Positions 24,393-36,859 of a DNA stretch of 64,000 bases are shown in pieces. Position 1 is the stretch's first letter. The number at the start of each line of letters is the position of its first letter. This DNA comes from Neoechinorhynchus agilis (Eukaryota > Animalia > Acanthocephala): positions 2,966,151 to 3,030,150 of the forward strand of contig CM121341.1 in assembly GCA_051530055.1 (NCBI GenBank), given 5' to 3'. The notes below the pieces were generated by a model. That model made no database searches and had not been told where the DNA came from. It saw nothing but the letters and a program-made list of their open reading frames with translations. The position numbers and the translations under genes were made by a program.

Positions 24393-25057
24393 TCATTTTT
24401 ATGTATAAATTCAAGTTCGTTTATAAAATAGGAACGGATCTGTGCCTTTATCAAGGACGAACTTTCATTGGGGAAAAGCTACATTTTATTTTTTCTTCAT
24501 ACTTACAAGGAATCTTGATGTAGAAGCGTACAAGATTGTGCCTCCGAAGTCAATCGGATTGAATAAATTCCTTTTCAATCTTCAAACACTTTCACAACAA
24601 ACATTAGTGCCTCTGCATGATACGAATTGCGTTTGTTGCGCTACCGCGTGGCGCATTTTTCTAATTGGATTCCAACGAATTAGGAGAAATTTCTAACTGA
24701 TTGGCTTAAGACTAATTCGACAAAATCTTTAATGCCTTTCTCCAAAGTCTTTGCGTCGCTTCGTTTTCGTATGATTTAATTGTATCAAGTTAAGGTCTTT
24801 GGTCTCTAGTCCTACGATTTTCATAAAAATTTTGCAAAAGCATGTATTTTGAGAAACAAAGTTTTTTTAGTCTAAGAACTCTGCTTTTTATGTATTTTGA
24901 GAAACAAAGTTTTTTACTTTAAGAACTCTGCTTTTTATTCATTTTTGAGCAGAAATCGGTAGCTTCAGTTCTTAAAATTACTACATATTGGCGGATCCTT
25001 GATTTCTAAGTAAATCTCTGCAATACAAAACTGAGACAATTACACAATGGATATGTT

Positions 25058-25780
25058 AATGTCGATATGTGAGGTACCGGGGAATGTGATTGGAATTATT
25101 GTTTAGTAGTCCACACCCGCGGTAAGTGATTATTTCGATTAAAGACGTTCTGCGAACCTCGTCGGGTTCATCATCAGTTCTAAAATACAAGTGGTTAAGT
25201 AATTATTTCTCTCACACACTCGGTTAAGGCAGATTTTGTTCGCTCCCTTTTTTGTTAGCTATGAAGAAAGAGTTTGTAATCTCGTTAGTCATTCATGTCC
25301 GGTTTTTGTTCTTTGATTAAGAAGGCTTCCTCAATTAAGCGTCGAAAGTTATTATGGTCACTTGCTAAAAACATTGTCTGGTCATAATTGGCCACTGGTC
25401 AGTTTGTATTCGACGATACCACCTTCTGAGTCTTGGACCGTTTAGGCCATAAGAAACTTTGTAGACAGCAGCCCTCTTTTCCACCTTCTGGTGAGTTTCC
25501 GGAAAATTAGGTTTCCTATCAGCACTGAAGGTTGAAAATAAAATTGGCGTTTTATCGGCAGACCGCTGTTCTTAATTGTCATAGAGATTCTGTTACGCCA
25601 AGAGTTGGTTTGTGGGTCCATCTCCGGGACTCCAATGCACAGGTCCATTCGATTCGGTCCTATGAATGTTTCGTTTGACTGATTGTTCGTCGTTCGGTCC
25701 ACTTGCTATCGCGCTGAAGTAAGAACATCTTTGGGGTACCCAAACTTGCTGAAACCATTGTTTTGTCGAAATTGACCACT
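25058..25780 (-). mobile_element. Penelope-like element 3' remnant (GIY-YIG tail plus terminal module with mutated hammerhead)
   Basis: 25255-25730 is nearly identical to 53030-53520; minus strand reads RRLIEEAFLIKEQKPDMND*; hammerhead remnant ctgatgatgaacccgacgaggttcgcagaacgtc at 25141-25180. Confidence 0.8.
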
Positions 25781-25859
25781 GGAAAGTATGCACCTCGTGT
25801 AGTGCAATAGTTAAACAGTGGACTGCAAATTGGTAATCCTACATAGAAAATGTTGCGTA

Positions 25860-27050
25860 ATTTTAAGCCTTATTTTTGAGAATTCGGTCTTCGGCAATTT
25901 TAGATGCTGATTAATCCTTAAATTTCGAAAACATGGATGCAACGTTCCCTTGTTGCACAGCCAGGCTAATATTTTGCAGGAGGAATGTTCCTGATCTCTG
26001 ATCACCAGTGATTCTTCTCAATCTCTTAGACGATTGCTTGGCCAGATCCTGCGTCGTAGTACAGAACGACCCGAGCGTCTCGACGCCAAAGGGAACGAAT
26101 TAATGGTTCCGACTCAGGTCAATGTATTAATCTTTTTGCGGTCCTCAGCGGCGGTTGCTGCTCCTCCTCCGGTTTAATGGTGGCGAATTTTATGCTGCTG
26201 GTTGCGAATCGTGTCCCAGAGAAGGCATTTGCTTCCCCTCGCCACGGGAATACTGTAACACCGTCCGGGCTACGGTGGCCATCGAGTCGGCAAAAATTGC
26301 TCAGACCGCATTCACAGTATTCAGGGCACGGCTAAGAATAGCGTTCACTTCGGCTTATTGTGAGCACCTTTCGCCTGATTGCCGACAGACGAGACCATGG
26401 CGTTCCGATGGTTCCACGGTCACTCCGTAAGGGCAGCGATGGAATGGGCACATCGGTACTCCGAGTCTCAGGGACACTGCAATCCTTACTGTCTCGTCGC
26501 ATGGTGAAGGGCACAAACAGAAAGCGATTGGGATAGCATTGAGCCAAGCATCCGATTCTATTGCAAAGACTGCCGCCAATCGAATTTGGTTCACCAGGCC
26601 ACGAGAATCTGAAATTAAAGAGTTGTGAATTCTCGCTACGAGGGGTGAGTTCCAAACTGATTCTTTGCAACCATTGACGGGTACCTGCTCACTGCCTGAA
26701 TCTCCACACCAAAGATTAAACGCCACTACGAAATCTTCATCTAAAGTGTAATTCTCGCCAAGAAAGGATTTAACTACTTTGCGGCTTGCTTCATACGATC
26801 CCAAATAAGCTGCCAGAGAAATATCGGCTGATTTTCGGATACCCAAACCGCCGGACAACACATTCAAGGACGGTTGACGCCAGGCCTCGTCCGACAGCTG
26901 AAATTTTAAAATTCTCTCGAGAGAGGCTTTCACCGTCTCGTCCATCCTTATGTCTAAAAAAGGTGCTGTGCGCAGCTTATACAGCAGTTTTGGAATGACG
27001 AGGATGTTCTTGATCAGGAACAGAGCGCACCAAAAGTTACGGTTGAAGAT
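25860..27050 (-). mobile_element. CRE-like element remnant (RT thumb to REL)
   Basis: ALFLIKNILVIPKLLYKLRT, GGLGIR, DAWLNAIP, RIAVSLRLG, CPFHRCPYGVTVEPSERHGLVC. Confidence 0.85.
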
Positions 27051-27310
27051 TGGCAATAGGCGACTCACGACACTCCAAAATGAACACAATGCTCTTAGCC
27101 GCGCCCTGAATACTGTGAATGTGGCCAACATCCTAGAGCCGACCAATCTTTGCTGATTCGATGGCAATGGATCGGACGGTGTCACAGTATTCCCGTGGCG
27201 AGGGGAGGGTCCGCAGCCAGCAACATGAAAATCGCCACTATTAAACCGGAGGGGCGACGCAAAAAGGCAAAATACATGCACCTTGGTCGAAATCATTATT
27301 TCGTTCCCTG
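27050..27310 (+). mobile_element. CRE-like REL fragment, opposite orientation to its neighbour
   Basis: gatcggacggtgtcacagtattcccgtgg encodes SDGVTVFPW; RKKAKY and LGRNHYFVP motifs. Confidence 0.7.
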
Positions 27311-27647
27311 TAAATATAAAAAAATAAGTTTTTGAGTTTCATTTATTCGGGGAAAAACGTTAAAGTGAATTAAGTATTATAAATTAGAAGTGTTGTATAA
27401 AAGTCTCCACTTGGTAAATAAGTTTTTATTTAAAATGTTCTGTAGACCTTGTCGGGTTCATAATGGTTATCCTGTTCATAGCGCCGTTTTTAATAAATAC
27501 TTTGCGAGGTGAACACATCTAAATAATAATTTTAATCATATAACCCGAAACCTGCTCACATATCGACATTTTATAGATTGATTTTCGAGAATTCAAAATA
27601 GACGTTGTTATTTGGACCCAATTTTTAATGATATCCTTTAAAATCAC

Positions 27648-28082
27648 TCAATCGCAATCATTCATTAACCGATTAAACCTCTTTCCCTTTATCAGCGAGA
27701 GCCTTCTTTTGTCCTCGATTCTCTTCGTTCGAAGCCATTCAGGTATTTTGCGCTCAGTTCTCGGTACAAATGCCTTCTTTTTAAGCAATTGTTCTTTGTT
27801 CAATACGTCTCGTTCAATCGAATGTTTTAATTTTTCAAATGCTAATTTCCTATTAAGATGCCCACTCCGTGTCGATTGTTCCTTTATGACAATTGCCTTT
27901 TCACTGTTCGATGGCCTATAGTGAATCTCAACGCACGTCTTACGGCGGTTAGCGTGTTGTCCTCCGGGTCCGCGACTTGCGATGTACTTAATAGTCATGT
28001 TAGTTGATTTATAATGGCGGATCTCTCGTATTAGGAAATATAGAAGAGAAATCGATGGCTCCTGATTTAATGGATTTTCCAA
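27648..28082 (-). CDS. Class I release-factor GGQ-domain peptidyl-tRNA hydrolase (ArfB/ICT1/C12orf65-like); start uncertain
   Basis: YIASRGPGGQHAN, IVIKEQSTRSGHLNRKLAFEKL, basic tail RTKRIEDKRRLSLIKGKR; ORF-track start is TTG, first ATG at 27998. Confidence 0.85.
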   Translation of the reverse strand: MENPLNQEPSISLLYFLIREIRHYKSTNMTIKYIASRGPGGQHANRRKTCVEIHYRPSNSEKAIVIKEQSTRSGHLNRKLAFEKLKHSIERDVLNKEQLLKKKAFVPRTERKIPEWLRTKRIEDKRRLSLIKGKRFNRLMNDCD

Positions 28083-29737
28083 AAATAATGTTGGGTTTGC
28101 GAAAGGAAAAACGCAGCCATAAAGTGTTGAGAACGTTTGATGAATCGACGGGGTTCAATCGAAAAGGAAAGTTTTATGATTCCTTTGAAGAATTAATTTG
28201 ATTTCTTCGCTTCAAAAGCGATGTCCACCAGGAAATCGCAAACGTACTTTGACCCTATTTTTTTCTTTGATTTTAAGACACCTCTAAGACAATATACAGG
28301 TTATTTTTGTTGGGAAATTGATCTGAATAAAAAGTTTATTTGTTCCGTGACTTCTTTTAAAGAAATACGTAAATCAAATTTAGCAATCCTAGGTAGAAGG
28401 CTCGTTTTCTAAATGTGTATTTCTAAACTTCTTTTTTAATTTAATATTCGCGGATTTCCCAATTAAATGGATAATGAAGACCACCTTCAAATGAATTCCA
28501 CAACAAAAACAAAATGTAAAAATTCTTTATAAGAAATACAGCTACTGAGAAAAGATTAAAAAACAAACCAAAATAGAAACATCCGCTTTAATCGCTGAAA
28601 ATCTCCGAAAAATGGTAATTAAATTCCTGTCCATTTGTAAAATTCGAATGGAATTGATTGTAGAAATCTAAAAATATGCAGATAGAACAAGGACGGAAGG
28701 GTTCTTCATTTTTGGACAAAAGTTTTGATCTGATTTAAAGTCGTTTTGCTATTCATCTCATTTTTGAAGAAATCGATTGCGATTCAGCATTGGTTTCGAT
28801 GCGAAAGAAGATAATTATCCGTCGGCGAAAAGGAATTTCGGCGCAATGGCCTCGATTACCGTTGAGATTATGGACGATTTGCGTAAATTCTTGTTCGCGT
28901 GGATGCTATTTAAGCGTTTATTGCATTTAAATTTGGTTCCTTCTGAAAGCTTTTACTTTTTAATGTTTTAAAAAAAAGGTTAAACACTGAATATTCTTTA
29001 ATTTATCCTTTGAGAATTTAATACAGCCGCCCTAAAAGCTACTTTTATATCTTGAAGGCTTTTTGCTTTTCAATTTCACACATCTTTGGAACCTGCATTT
29101 AACGAAGAACCTAATAAAAAGTTTAAAACATTTTTAAATGTCATACAAGGCCATTAGATACTTTCTGAGCATTCTTTAATTCATACATTGACAATGTTAT
29201 CGTGAATTTTATTTTACGATGTCAAATTTTTAATATTTAAACATCAAGAAACTTCTAAGAAGAGTTGAACATGTTTCTGAAACGCTCGAATTTTCTTTAA
29301 TCGTCGACTCTTTTTTTACGCCTGATTTCAAACGACTATTTAACTATCGTGTTTTCCTTAAAAAACGAAGAAATTTTCTCTGCGAATCAAATTTGCTCTA
29401 AAACATTTTTCCTTTACGTATAAGAATTTAAGAACCAATAAAAATTGACGCAGCTAATTAATCTCTTTCTATTATTGGCCACATTGCCAATGTAAAAAAT
29501 CTACTATCATTTTGTGTTTTTTCTTTATTTACTAAAAGACGGTTATGTTCTAATTTCCTTTAAAGGATACTCGAAATTCAGCGTTTAAACAAATCTTCTT
29601 ATTATGTAAGAAATACGTATTTTGGTTTCACGAATAATGAAGAAAAGACTTAGGTTTTACAGACTAACCGACAACTGTTAAAATAGCGACTTTTGTCGAA
29701 TTTTGTCTTTTAACATTTCAGACATTGTACAAAACAA

Positions 29738-31830
29738 ATGGCCAACTCGACTCAGGCAAAGATGCTGATGGATGTGTACAGCAAAGACCATCGTAATTAT
29801 TACACTGTGCTCGAAATCGACCAATCAGCAGACGTGGACGAAATTAAACGAGCCTATCGCCGTCTTGCTCTAAAGCACCATCCAGGTATTTGTTTTTTTA
29901 TATTTATAACATCATTTCTCTGATCGCAGTTTAGACAAAAATGAACCTGATAAGAAATCTGAGCTTGAGAGTCGGTTTTTAGAAATTCATATGGCATATA
30001 CTTGTCTAATGGACAAATCAACACGTGACCTATACGACTTTAAGCTGAGACAAATCGGAAAAGCTCCTCCGAGTGAGCTTGTTATTGTTATTGACGATAG
30101 TGTTGATGTGACTCCTTTTTTCAATCGAAACTGCTTTTCCGGATACGGAGATGACCCCGAAGGATTCTACAGTGTATATCGTTGTTTGTTCAGCAGGATC
30201 TACGAGCAGGATGTAGGAGAAGGTGGAAATCCAGTTGAGTTTGGTCGATCGGATTCCGACGATGAATTTGTGAGACAGTTCTACAGACATTGGATCACTT
30301 ATTCGTGTCCTCGATCGTTTGCGTGGGTTGACGAGTACGTCAAAGGGATGGACAAAGAGTCCGGGTATCGTTTATACCTACAAACGGATCGTTATTCTCG
30401 AAGAAAGATTGATGCGGCTAATAAAAAGAAACGAGATAAAGCTAGAAAAGAGCGAAATCAACTCATTCAGGTAACCTAGATTCATAGTGATCTTCCTTTT
30501 AGTTTTTTTGTAGGATTTAGTTTGCCGTGTTCAAAAGTGGGATCCTAGGTACAAACGTATGAAGGTATTCGCGGTCTTTAGAACTCGCTATTTTAAGATT
30601 TTTTCTTAGCAAATAGAGAAGGCGAATACTGGAAAGCGCCACGTTACTTCGTTTAGGAAGCCAGAAAATGAGGTTTATAAAGAACCAGAATGGGCTTGTA
30701 CGGATGATATCATCGACCGCATTGTAAGAATTTCTTTTAAATGAACATTTTTAAAAATTGCGAACGGTTTGTAGCACGAATTTTGGGATGATGTTATAGA
30801 TGATGAATACGCTATACAGTGCGAGGACGGGATTGTTTGTTCTCTCTGCAATGAAGGATTTGAATCGACTAAAATGTATGGGGGTTTTAAAGTTTAGACG
30901 GATCTTTTCTAATGTTTAGGTACCTTCCAGACTTATTATCGAACGGAAAATGGGTGTTTTATTTATTTCTTGCTTCAAATTTTCGACGCCTTGCGTCTTC
31001 GTCAGGAAGCTTTCCTTCGGTTATCTGAAAAGGAATTAGAGGAGGGCAACGCTGTCCTTGCGTCTTCGTCAGGAGGCTTTTCTTCGATTATCTGAAAAGG
31101 AATTAGAGGAGGGCAACGCTGTCCGTCAGCTCATCCCTCTTTAGAGGGGATGCTCAATAAGAGGGATGAGCTGACGGGCAGCGTTACCCTCCTCTAATTC
31201 CTTTTCAGATAACCGAAGAAAAGTTTCCTGACGAAGACGCAAGGACAGCGTTGCCCTCCTCTGATTCCTTTTCAGATAACCGAAGGAAAGCTTCCTGACG
31301 AAGACGCAAGGACAGCGTTGCCCTCCTCTGATTCCTTTTCAGATAACCGAAGGAAAGCTTCCTGACGAAGACGCAAGGACAGCGTTGCCCTCCTCTGATT
31401 CCTTTTCGGATAACCGAAGAAAAGCTTCCTGACGAAGACGCAAGGCGTCGAAAATTTGAAGCAAGAAATAAATAAAACACCCATTTTCCGTTCGATAATA
31501 AATCTGGAATAAAACATGAGGGTGTTGGAAAAAGAGGCTTTCCATAATTTTTTGTTTAGGTACCTTAAACACATCAAATCTAAGCGACACAGGCGAGCAG
31601 AAGATGCGAAGAAAAAAGAGGATCAGCGTCTTGAGGAAAGAGACGTCGACGGCAGTGATAAAATGAATTGTTCTCAAACAACAGAATCATTAACAAAGTG
31701 TTCAAAAGATACTGATGGAGAATTGGAGTCAATTGCAAGTCAAGTTGATAGTCTTATGGAATCGGAAGTGAAACAGACTTCTACAAAAACTAAAAAGAAG
31801 CGTAGACGTGCACTCAAAAACAAACAATAA
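29738..31830 (+). CDS. DNAJC21: DnaJ co-chaperone DNAJC21/Jjj1-like, multi-exon
   Basis: J domain YYTVLEI...ALKHHP|DK (intron 29886-29934 restores HPD); [13 protein letters not shown]; [17 protein letters not shown]|DLV..KWDPR; C2H2 finger [13 protein letters not shown]|[10 protein letters not shown] across intron 30876-31559. Confidence 0.9.
30925..31509. mobile_element. Foldback/MITE-like palindromic insertion with internal 67-bp subrepeats, in the last DNAJC21 intron
   Basis: Left end ttccagacttattatcgaacggaaaatggg is the reverse complement of the right end; arms contain repeats of ttcctgacgaagacgcaaggacagcgttgccctcctc...; centre near 31145. Confidence 0.85.
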
Positions 31831-32333
31831 AGTACTGATTGCGTAAATCTTTGTTTAGGTTTAATAAAATGCTACAGTCAAATGGGACAATTTGTAGCAT
31901 TATTTTACTAAGGTTGTTTTTCATTTGAACCGATACGTCTCGAGTTAAGCAGTAAAATGTTGGATTTCGTTTTCAGCTCTTTCCGAACATCATTGAAAAA
32001 TGGTTGTCGAATTCGCGGATTATAAGTGTTCTTAACCTGTGCCCTCGTAACATTCACGAAAAAGTAGTCTTATTTGTGAATCTTTTTTTGTTAATAAAAA
32101 CAAATAATTGACTTTTTTTTTGAAATCGTTCAAGTGATTTTTAACGTTTTTCAACCAAAAGGTATCGTGCGAAATTCTTTTTGGATGTAAGAATGATTAA
32201 GCTTATTCTCGGTGGTGTCAACCTATGAGTTTTAAAGTTGTGAGTAGTGAGATATTACTCAATCTCGCTTAGTTCTTTAAAAAGCTTCATCTCTTCGAGT
32301 ATTGTTCCAAATCTTTTGTGTTAACATTAAAAA

Positions 32334-32567
32334 ATGAACACTGCTTGCAAACGAAGTGTCGACGAACTCATTGAAGCTTTCAAATCGTTTGACACGAACA
32401 ATGATGGGTATTTGACTCCTGAAGAGCTTAAGAATGGTCTAGCCAAAGTTGGTTGTCAAATCTCAGAGGAAGGTCTTAAGCAGATGATTGCGGAGGCTGA
32501 TACGGATAAGAACGGGAAGATCGATTACAGCGAGTTCTTGCGCATGCATTGTATCTGTCATGACTGA
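32334..32567 (+). CDS. Two-EF-hand calmodulin-like protein, 77 aa
   Basis: DTNNDGYLTPEEL and DTDKNGKIDYSEF loops. Confidence 0.92.
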   Translation: MNTACKRSVDELIEAFKSFDTNNDGYLTPEELKNGLAKVGCQISEEGLKQMIAEADTDKNGKIDYSEFLRMHCICHD

Positions 32568-32774
32568 TTTTTGAAGAAAAAAACGTATTTATCTTGTTGT
32601 TTAAAGTGGAAGGAAATGAAGATTGACATTTTTTACTAATACTTTAAAGTTCAACATTTTTTGTTAGCGAACATGGTATGCAAACTTTGAGTTGCGGTAG
32701 GAACTACTTATTTTATGGATATGACTATATCGTCAATATCGATTTTTATCTTCGACGGGGGGAAAGATACTTTC

Positions 32775-34215
32775 TTTTTCTTAGTTTTTCCACAACGCCT
32801 CGGATTTGAATCTTTACTAATTTATTTCCTCGATATTTCACGTCTCGGATAAAAACTTACAAGGAATGATCAACTTTGATCAAGATGTCGGAATCCGGGG
32901 TCGCAAAAATAAGAAAAAGAAAATATCGATTTATTTTGTTTTTCTTAGTTTTTCCACAACGCCTCGGATTTGAATCTTTACTAATTTATTTCCTCGATAT
33001 TTCACGTCTCGGATAAAAAACTTACAAGGAATGATCAACTTTGATCAAGATGTCGGAATCCGGGGTCGCAAAACTAAGAAAAAGAAAATATCGATTTATT
33101 TTGTTTTTCTTAGTTTTTCCACAACGCCTCGGATTTGAATCTTTACTAATTTATTTCCTCGTATTTCGTATTATCCAACGTCAATATCGGGAAATTAATA
33201 TAAAGATTAAATCCGGCGGTTGCAAAACTAAGAAAAAGAAAATATGGATTTATTTTGTTTTTCTTAGTTTTTCCACAACGCCTCGGATTTGAATCTTTAC
33301 TAATTTATTTCCTCGGTATTTCGTATTATCCAACGTGCAATATCGGGGAAATTAATTAATAAAGATTCAAATCCGGCGGGGTTGCAAAACTAAGAAAAAG
33401 AAAATATGGATTTATTTTGTTTTTCTTAGTTTTTCCACAACGCCTCGGATTTGAATCTTTACTAATTTATTTCCTCGGTATTTCGTATTATCCAACGTGC
33501 AATATCGGGGAAATATTAATAAAGATTCAAATCTGCAAAACTAAGAAAAAGAAAATATGGATTTATTTTGTTTTTCTTAGTTTTTCCACAACGCCTCGGA
33601 TTTGAATCTTTACTAATTTATTTCCTCGGTATTTCGTATTATCCAACGTGCAATATCGGGGAAATTAATTAATAAAGATTCAAATCCGGCGGGGTTGCAA
33701 AACTAAGAAAAAGAAAATATGGATTTATTTTGTTTTTCTTAGTTTTTCCACAACGCCTCGGATTTGAATCTTTACTAATTTATTTCCTCGGTATTTCGTA
33801 TTATCCAACGTGCAATATCGGGGAAATTAATTAATAAAGATTCAAATCCGGCGGGGTTGCAAAACTAAGAAAAAGAAAATATGGATTTATTTTGTTTTTC
33901 TTAGTTTTTCCACAACGCCTCGGATTTGAATCTTTACTAATTTATTTCCTCGGTATTTCGTATTATCCAACGTGCAATATCGGGGAAATTAATTAATAAA
34001 GATTCAAATCCGGCGGGGTTGCAAAACTAAGAAAAAGAAAATATCGATTTATTTTGTTTTTCTTAGTTTTTCCACAACGCCTCGGATTTGAATCTTTACT
34101 AATTTATTTCCTTGATATTTCACGTCTCGGATAAAAACTAACAAGGAATGATCAACTTTGATAAAGATGTCGGAATCCGGGGTCGCAAAACTAAGAAAAA
34201 GAAAATATCGATTTA
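32775..34215. repeat. ~162-bp tandem satellite with internally palindromic units and two unit variants
   Basis: ccacaacgcc at 33273, 33435, 33586, 33748, 33910, 34072; aaaactaagaaaaa/tttttcttagtttt and aaagattcaaatccg/cggatttgaatcttt are inverted pairs. Confidence 0.93.
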
Positions 34216-34605
34216 TTTTAATGGATACAATAAGAATGATTACTGCGAAAAAACAACAAAATTATTCTCTTTTTAACTTCTCCCATACGAATGAGCCTGT
34301 TAGACGACCAAAAGAAAATCTTATGGGATTTTTTGGTAAGTTCACTGCAGTTTTGAAAAGCTTCAGAGCGCACAAATCTGTTTTCCTTTAGTTTCGAGTA
34401 ATCATTTGTTTTATCGCCTTATTCATTAACAAAATTGATAATAAAAATTGAGCAAACCGCTAAGGGCACTATAAGTTTCAATTTGCGTTGAACGAATGAT
34501 TAAGCGAGTTTGCATATGACAGAGCATTAGTCTTCACTCTTTAAAGCATTCTCTTTCTCTGAGTTTTTTAATACTAATTTTAAAGCAACTGTTTCTTCTA
34601 TTGAA

Positions 34606-34857
34606 ATGGCCGAACATCCTGAGGAAAGAAAAAGGGAAATCGAGGCGGTATTTCGTGCAGCTGATTTTAACGGTGATGGATATGTGACTCGGGATGAACT
34701 TAAATCTTTGTTCACAACGTATGGATGTGATATGACTGACGAAGATATCGATCGAATTGTTAAAGAGGCTGACAAAGATCGAAATGGAAAGATTGATATC
34801 CACGAGTTTACTGCTTTCTTTTACAATGCAATGGAGAATGCGTTCAAGTCGACTTAA
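34606..34857 (+). CDS. Two-EF-hand calmodulin-like protein, 83 aa
   Basis: DFNGDGYVTRDEL and DKDRNGKIDIHEF loops. Confidence 0.92.
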   Translation: MAEHPEERKREIEAVFRAADFNGDGYVTRDELKSLFTTYGCDMTDEDIDRIVKEADKDRNGKIDIHEFTAFFYNAMENAFKST

Positions 34858-35199
34858 CTAATAATTGAACGAATAATAACGTCCGCTCTTTTCCTTCCGA
34901 AGATGGTATTCTGTATTTAGAACAAATATTAAATTCCTCCTCCACACATTTCAGAGAGTCCGGCCTCTTGTATAATCATTTAAAGATTCAATTGCAGCCA
35001 TAAATTCCCCGTTAATTTTTCGATGAGAGGTCCAAAATGCATACCAGGACGACCGATCTATTTCCTTTGTCTTAGTTGGTTATGCTTATTTGTAGCCCCT
35101 AAGTGCGTCCGGCGAAAAGTGTCCACATTCGCGGAATTTTAAGAAAATAGAATAAATCGAAACTGGACTTTACGAGGGTAGTATTAAACTAAATACAGA

Positions 35200-35345
35200 T
35201 AATGTCGATGTGTGAGGTACAGGGGAATGTGATTGGAATTATTGTTTAGAAGTCTACACCCGCGGTAAATAATAATTTCGATTAAAAACGTTCTGCGAAC
35301 CTCGTCGGGGACATTTATCCACTTGTATTTTATAACTGATGAATT
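35200..35345 (-). mobile_element. Solo Penelope terminal module with broken hammerhead
   Basis: aatgtcgatgtgtgaggtacaggggaatgtgattggaattattgtttag...aaaacgttctgcgaacctcgtcggg matches 25058-25170. Confidence 0.75.
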
Positions 35346-35953
35346 CTAAATACAGATAAATGTTCACAGGCGCTCACACTTTTGTTGTAATAAACTTGTT
35401 AATCAAAAAAATTTAAATGTGGCTACTTTATGACTACTAAATAAATTCATTTTACCCAATTCCATCATCGTCAAGCATAAATATTATATTGAAACGTATT
35501 TTTCGAGAATACGATAAAACCTTCATTTTGCATCTAAGAATTCAATAATGATTTAGGCGATATTGTTTTTAAACTAGAATTCACAAATGATTGAAAAAGG
35601 GATCAGTTGTACGCGATGTTCTATTGTAAAGAAATTATTCATTATAGTTTCAGTCTCAATTAGCGATGTTTAATTCAGAAAAATAGATTTATCTTGAAAA
35701 TTTTCGGTCTTTTCGTTGGACTTCTTCAGTCAATTTATTGCAATTCCATAACCAATCGAAAGACCAAAATCATGCAGACCAATTCCAAAGTTTAGAAGGC
35801 GATTGCGGAATCAACTTCGAATATTGAGCGTCGTCTAAGCGTTATGTGCGTGGAAGTGAGTAATCGTACGAGAAACCATTTCTTAATCTTAAGAGCATTT
35901 TGGCAGTCTTGTATGTTTTGAACATAAAGCTTTATTAAGTCAGATCAATTAAG

Positions 35954-36187
35954 ATGTCAAAACTTTCTCAGAAGGATGTGGATCTTGCTTTGGAAGCTTT
36001 TAGAGATCTTGATGTCGACAGAAACGGATACTTAACAACTTACGAACTTAGAACTGGACTTGAGAAATTAGGACAACCATTGAGTTCATTTGAAGTTAAT
36101 AAAATGATACAGGAATTAGATATGGACGGTGACGGAAGGATAAATTATCAGGAGTTTTTAAAGTCATGGGTTGAATGTGACAAGTAA
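35954..36187 (+). CDS. Two-EF-hand calmodulin-like protein, 77 aa
   Basis: DVDRNGYLTTYEL and DMDGDGRINYQEF loops. Confidence 0.92.
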   Translation: MSKLSQKDVDLALEAFRDLDVDRNGYLTTYELRTGLEKLGQPLSSFEVNKMIQELDMDGDGRINYQEFLKSWVECDK

Positions 36188-36254
36188 TATTTTACAAATA
36201 AAAAGTTTTGAAGTTTAAAAAGAATGTTTCGATCATCCATCTTCTCGTGCTCGA

Positions 36255-36830
36255 CAAACCCCATAGATTGAATGATTTTCATATTTTTGAGAATTTATTT
36301 GGCTGCGAGTTACAGTTTCAATTTGTTTTTCTTAATAAAGTCGATTCTTGAGAACTTTGGGAATACGCGAACTCTCTTTGAAAATATAGATTTTTGAATT
36401 CTTTAAAGTGCACCACAAAAAGTGTGCGAAATGACAAACTCCATAGATTGAATGATTTTCATCTTTTTGAGAATTTATTTGGCTGCGAGTTACAGTTTCA
36501 ATTTGTTTTTCTTAATAAAGTCGATTCTTGAGAACTTTGGGAATACGCGAACTCTCTTTGAAAATATAGATTTTTTAATTCTTTAAAGTGCACCACAAAA
36601 AGTGTGCGAAATGACAAACTCCATAGATTGAATGATTTTCATATTTTTGAGAATTTATTTGGCTGCGAGTTACAGTTTCAATTTGTTTTTCTTAATAAAA
36701 TTTCAATGTAGAGCTCATTTCATAGACGGATGAAAGAGCTGCAAAAGTCGATTCTTGAGAACTTTGGGAATATAGGAGTAAACTGGTAACTTTAATTTTC
36801 GCGAATTCTCTTGGAAAATATAGATTTTTG
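36255..36830. repeat. ~180-bp tandem repeat, ~3 copies
   Basis: catagattgaatgattttc at 36262, 36443, 36623. Confidence 0.9.
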
Positions 36831-36859
36831 AACTCTACAAAGCGGGTGGCTCAACTGGA

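Noticed and set aside
31205-31677. - strand ORFs with repeated [19 protein letters not shown]
   Set aside because: Translation of the 67-bp subrepeats of the foldback element
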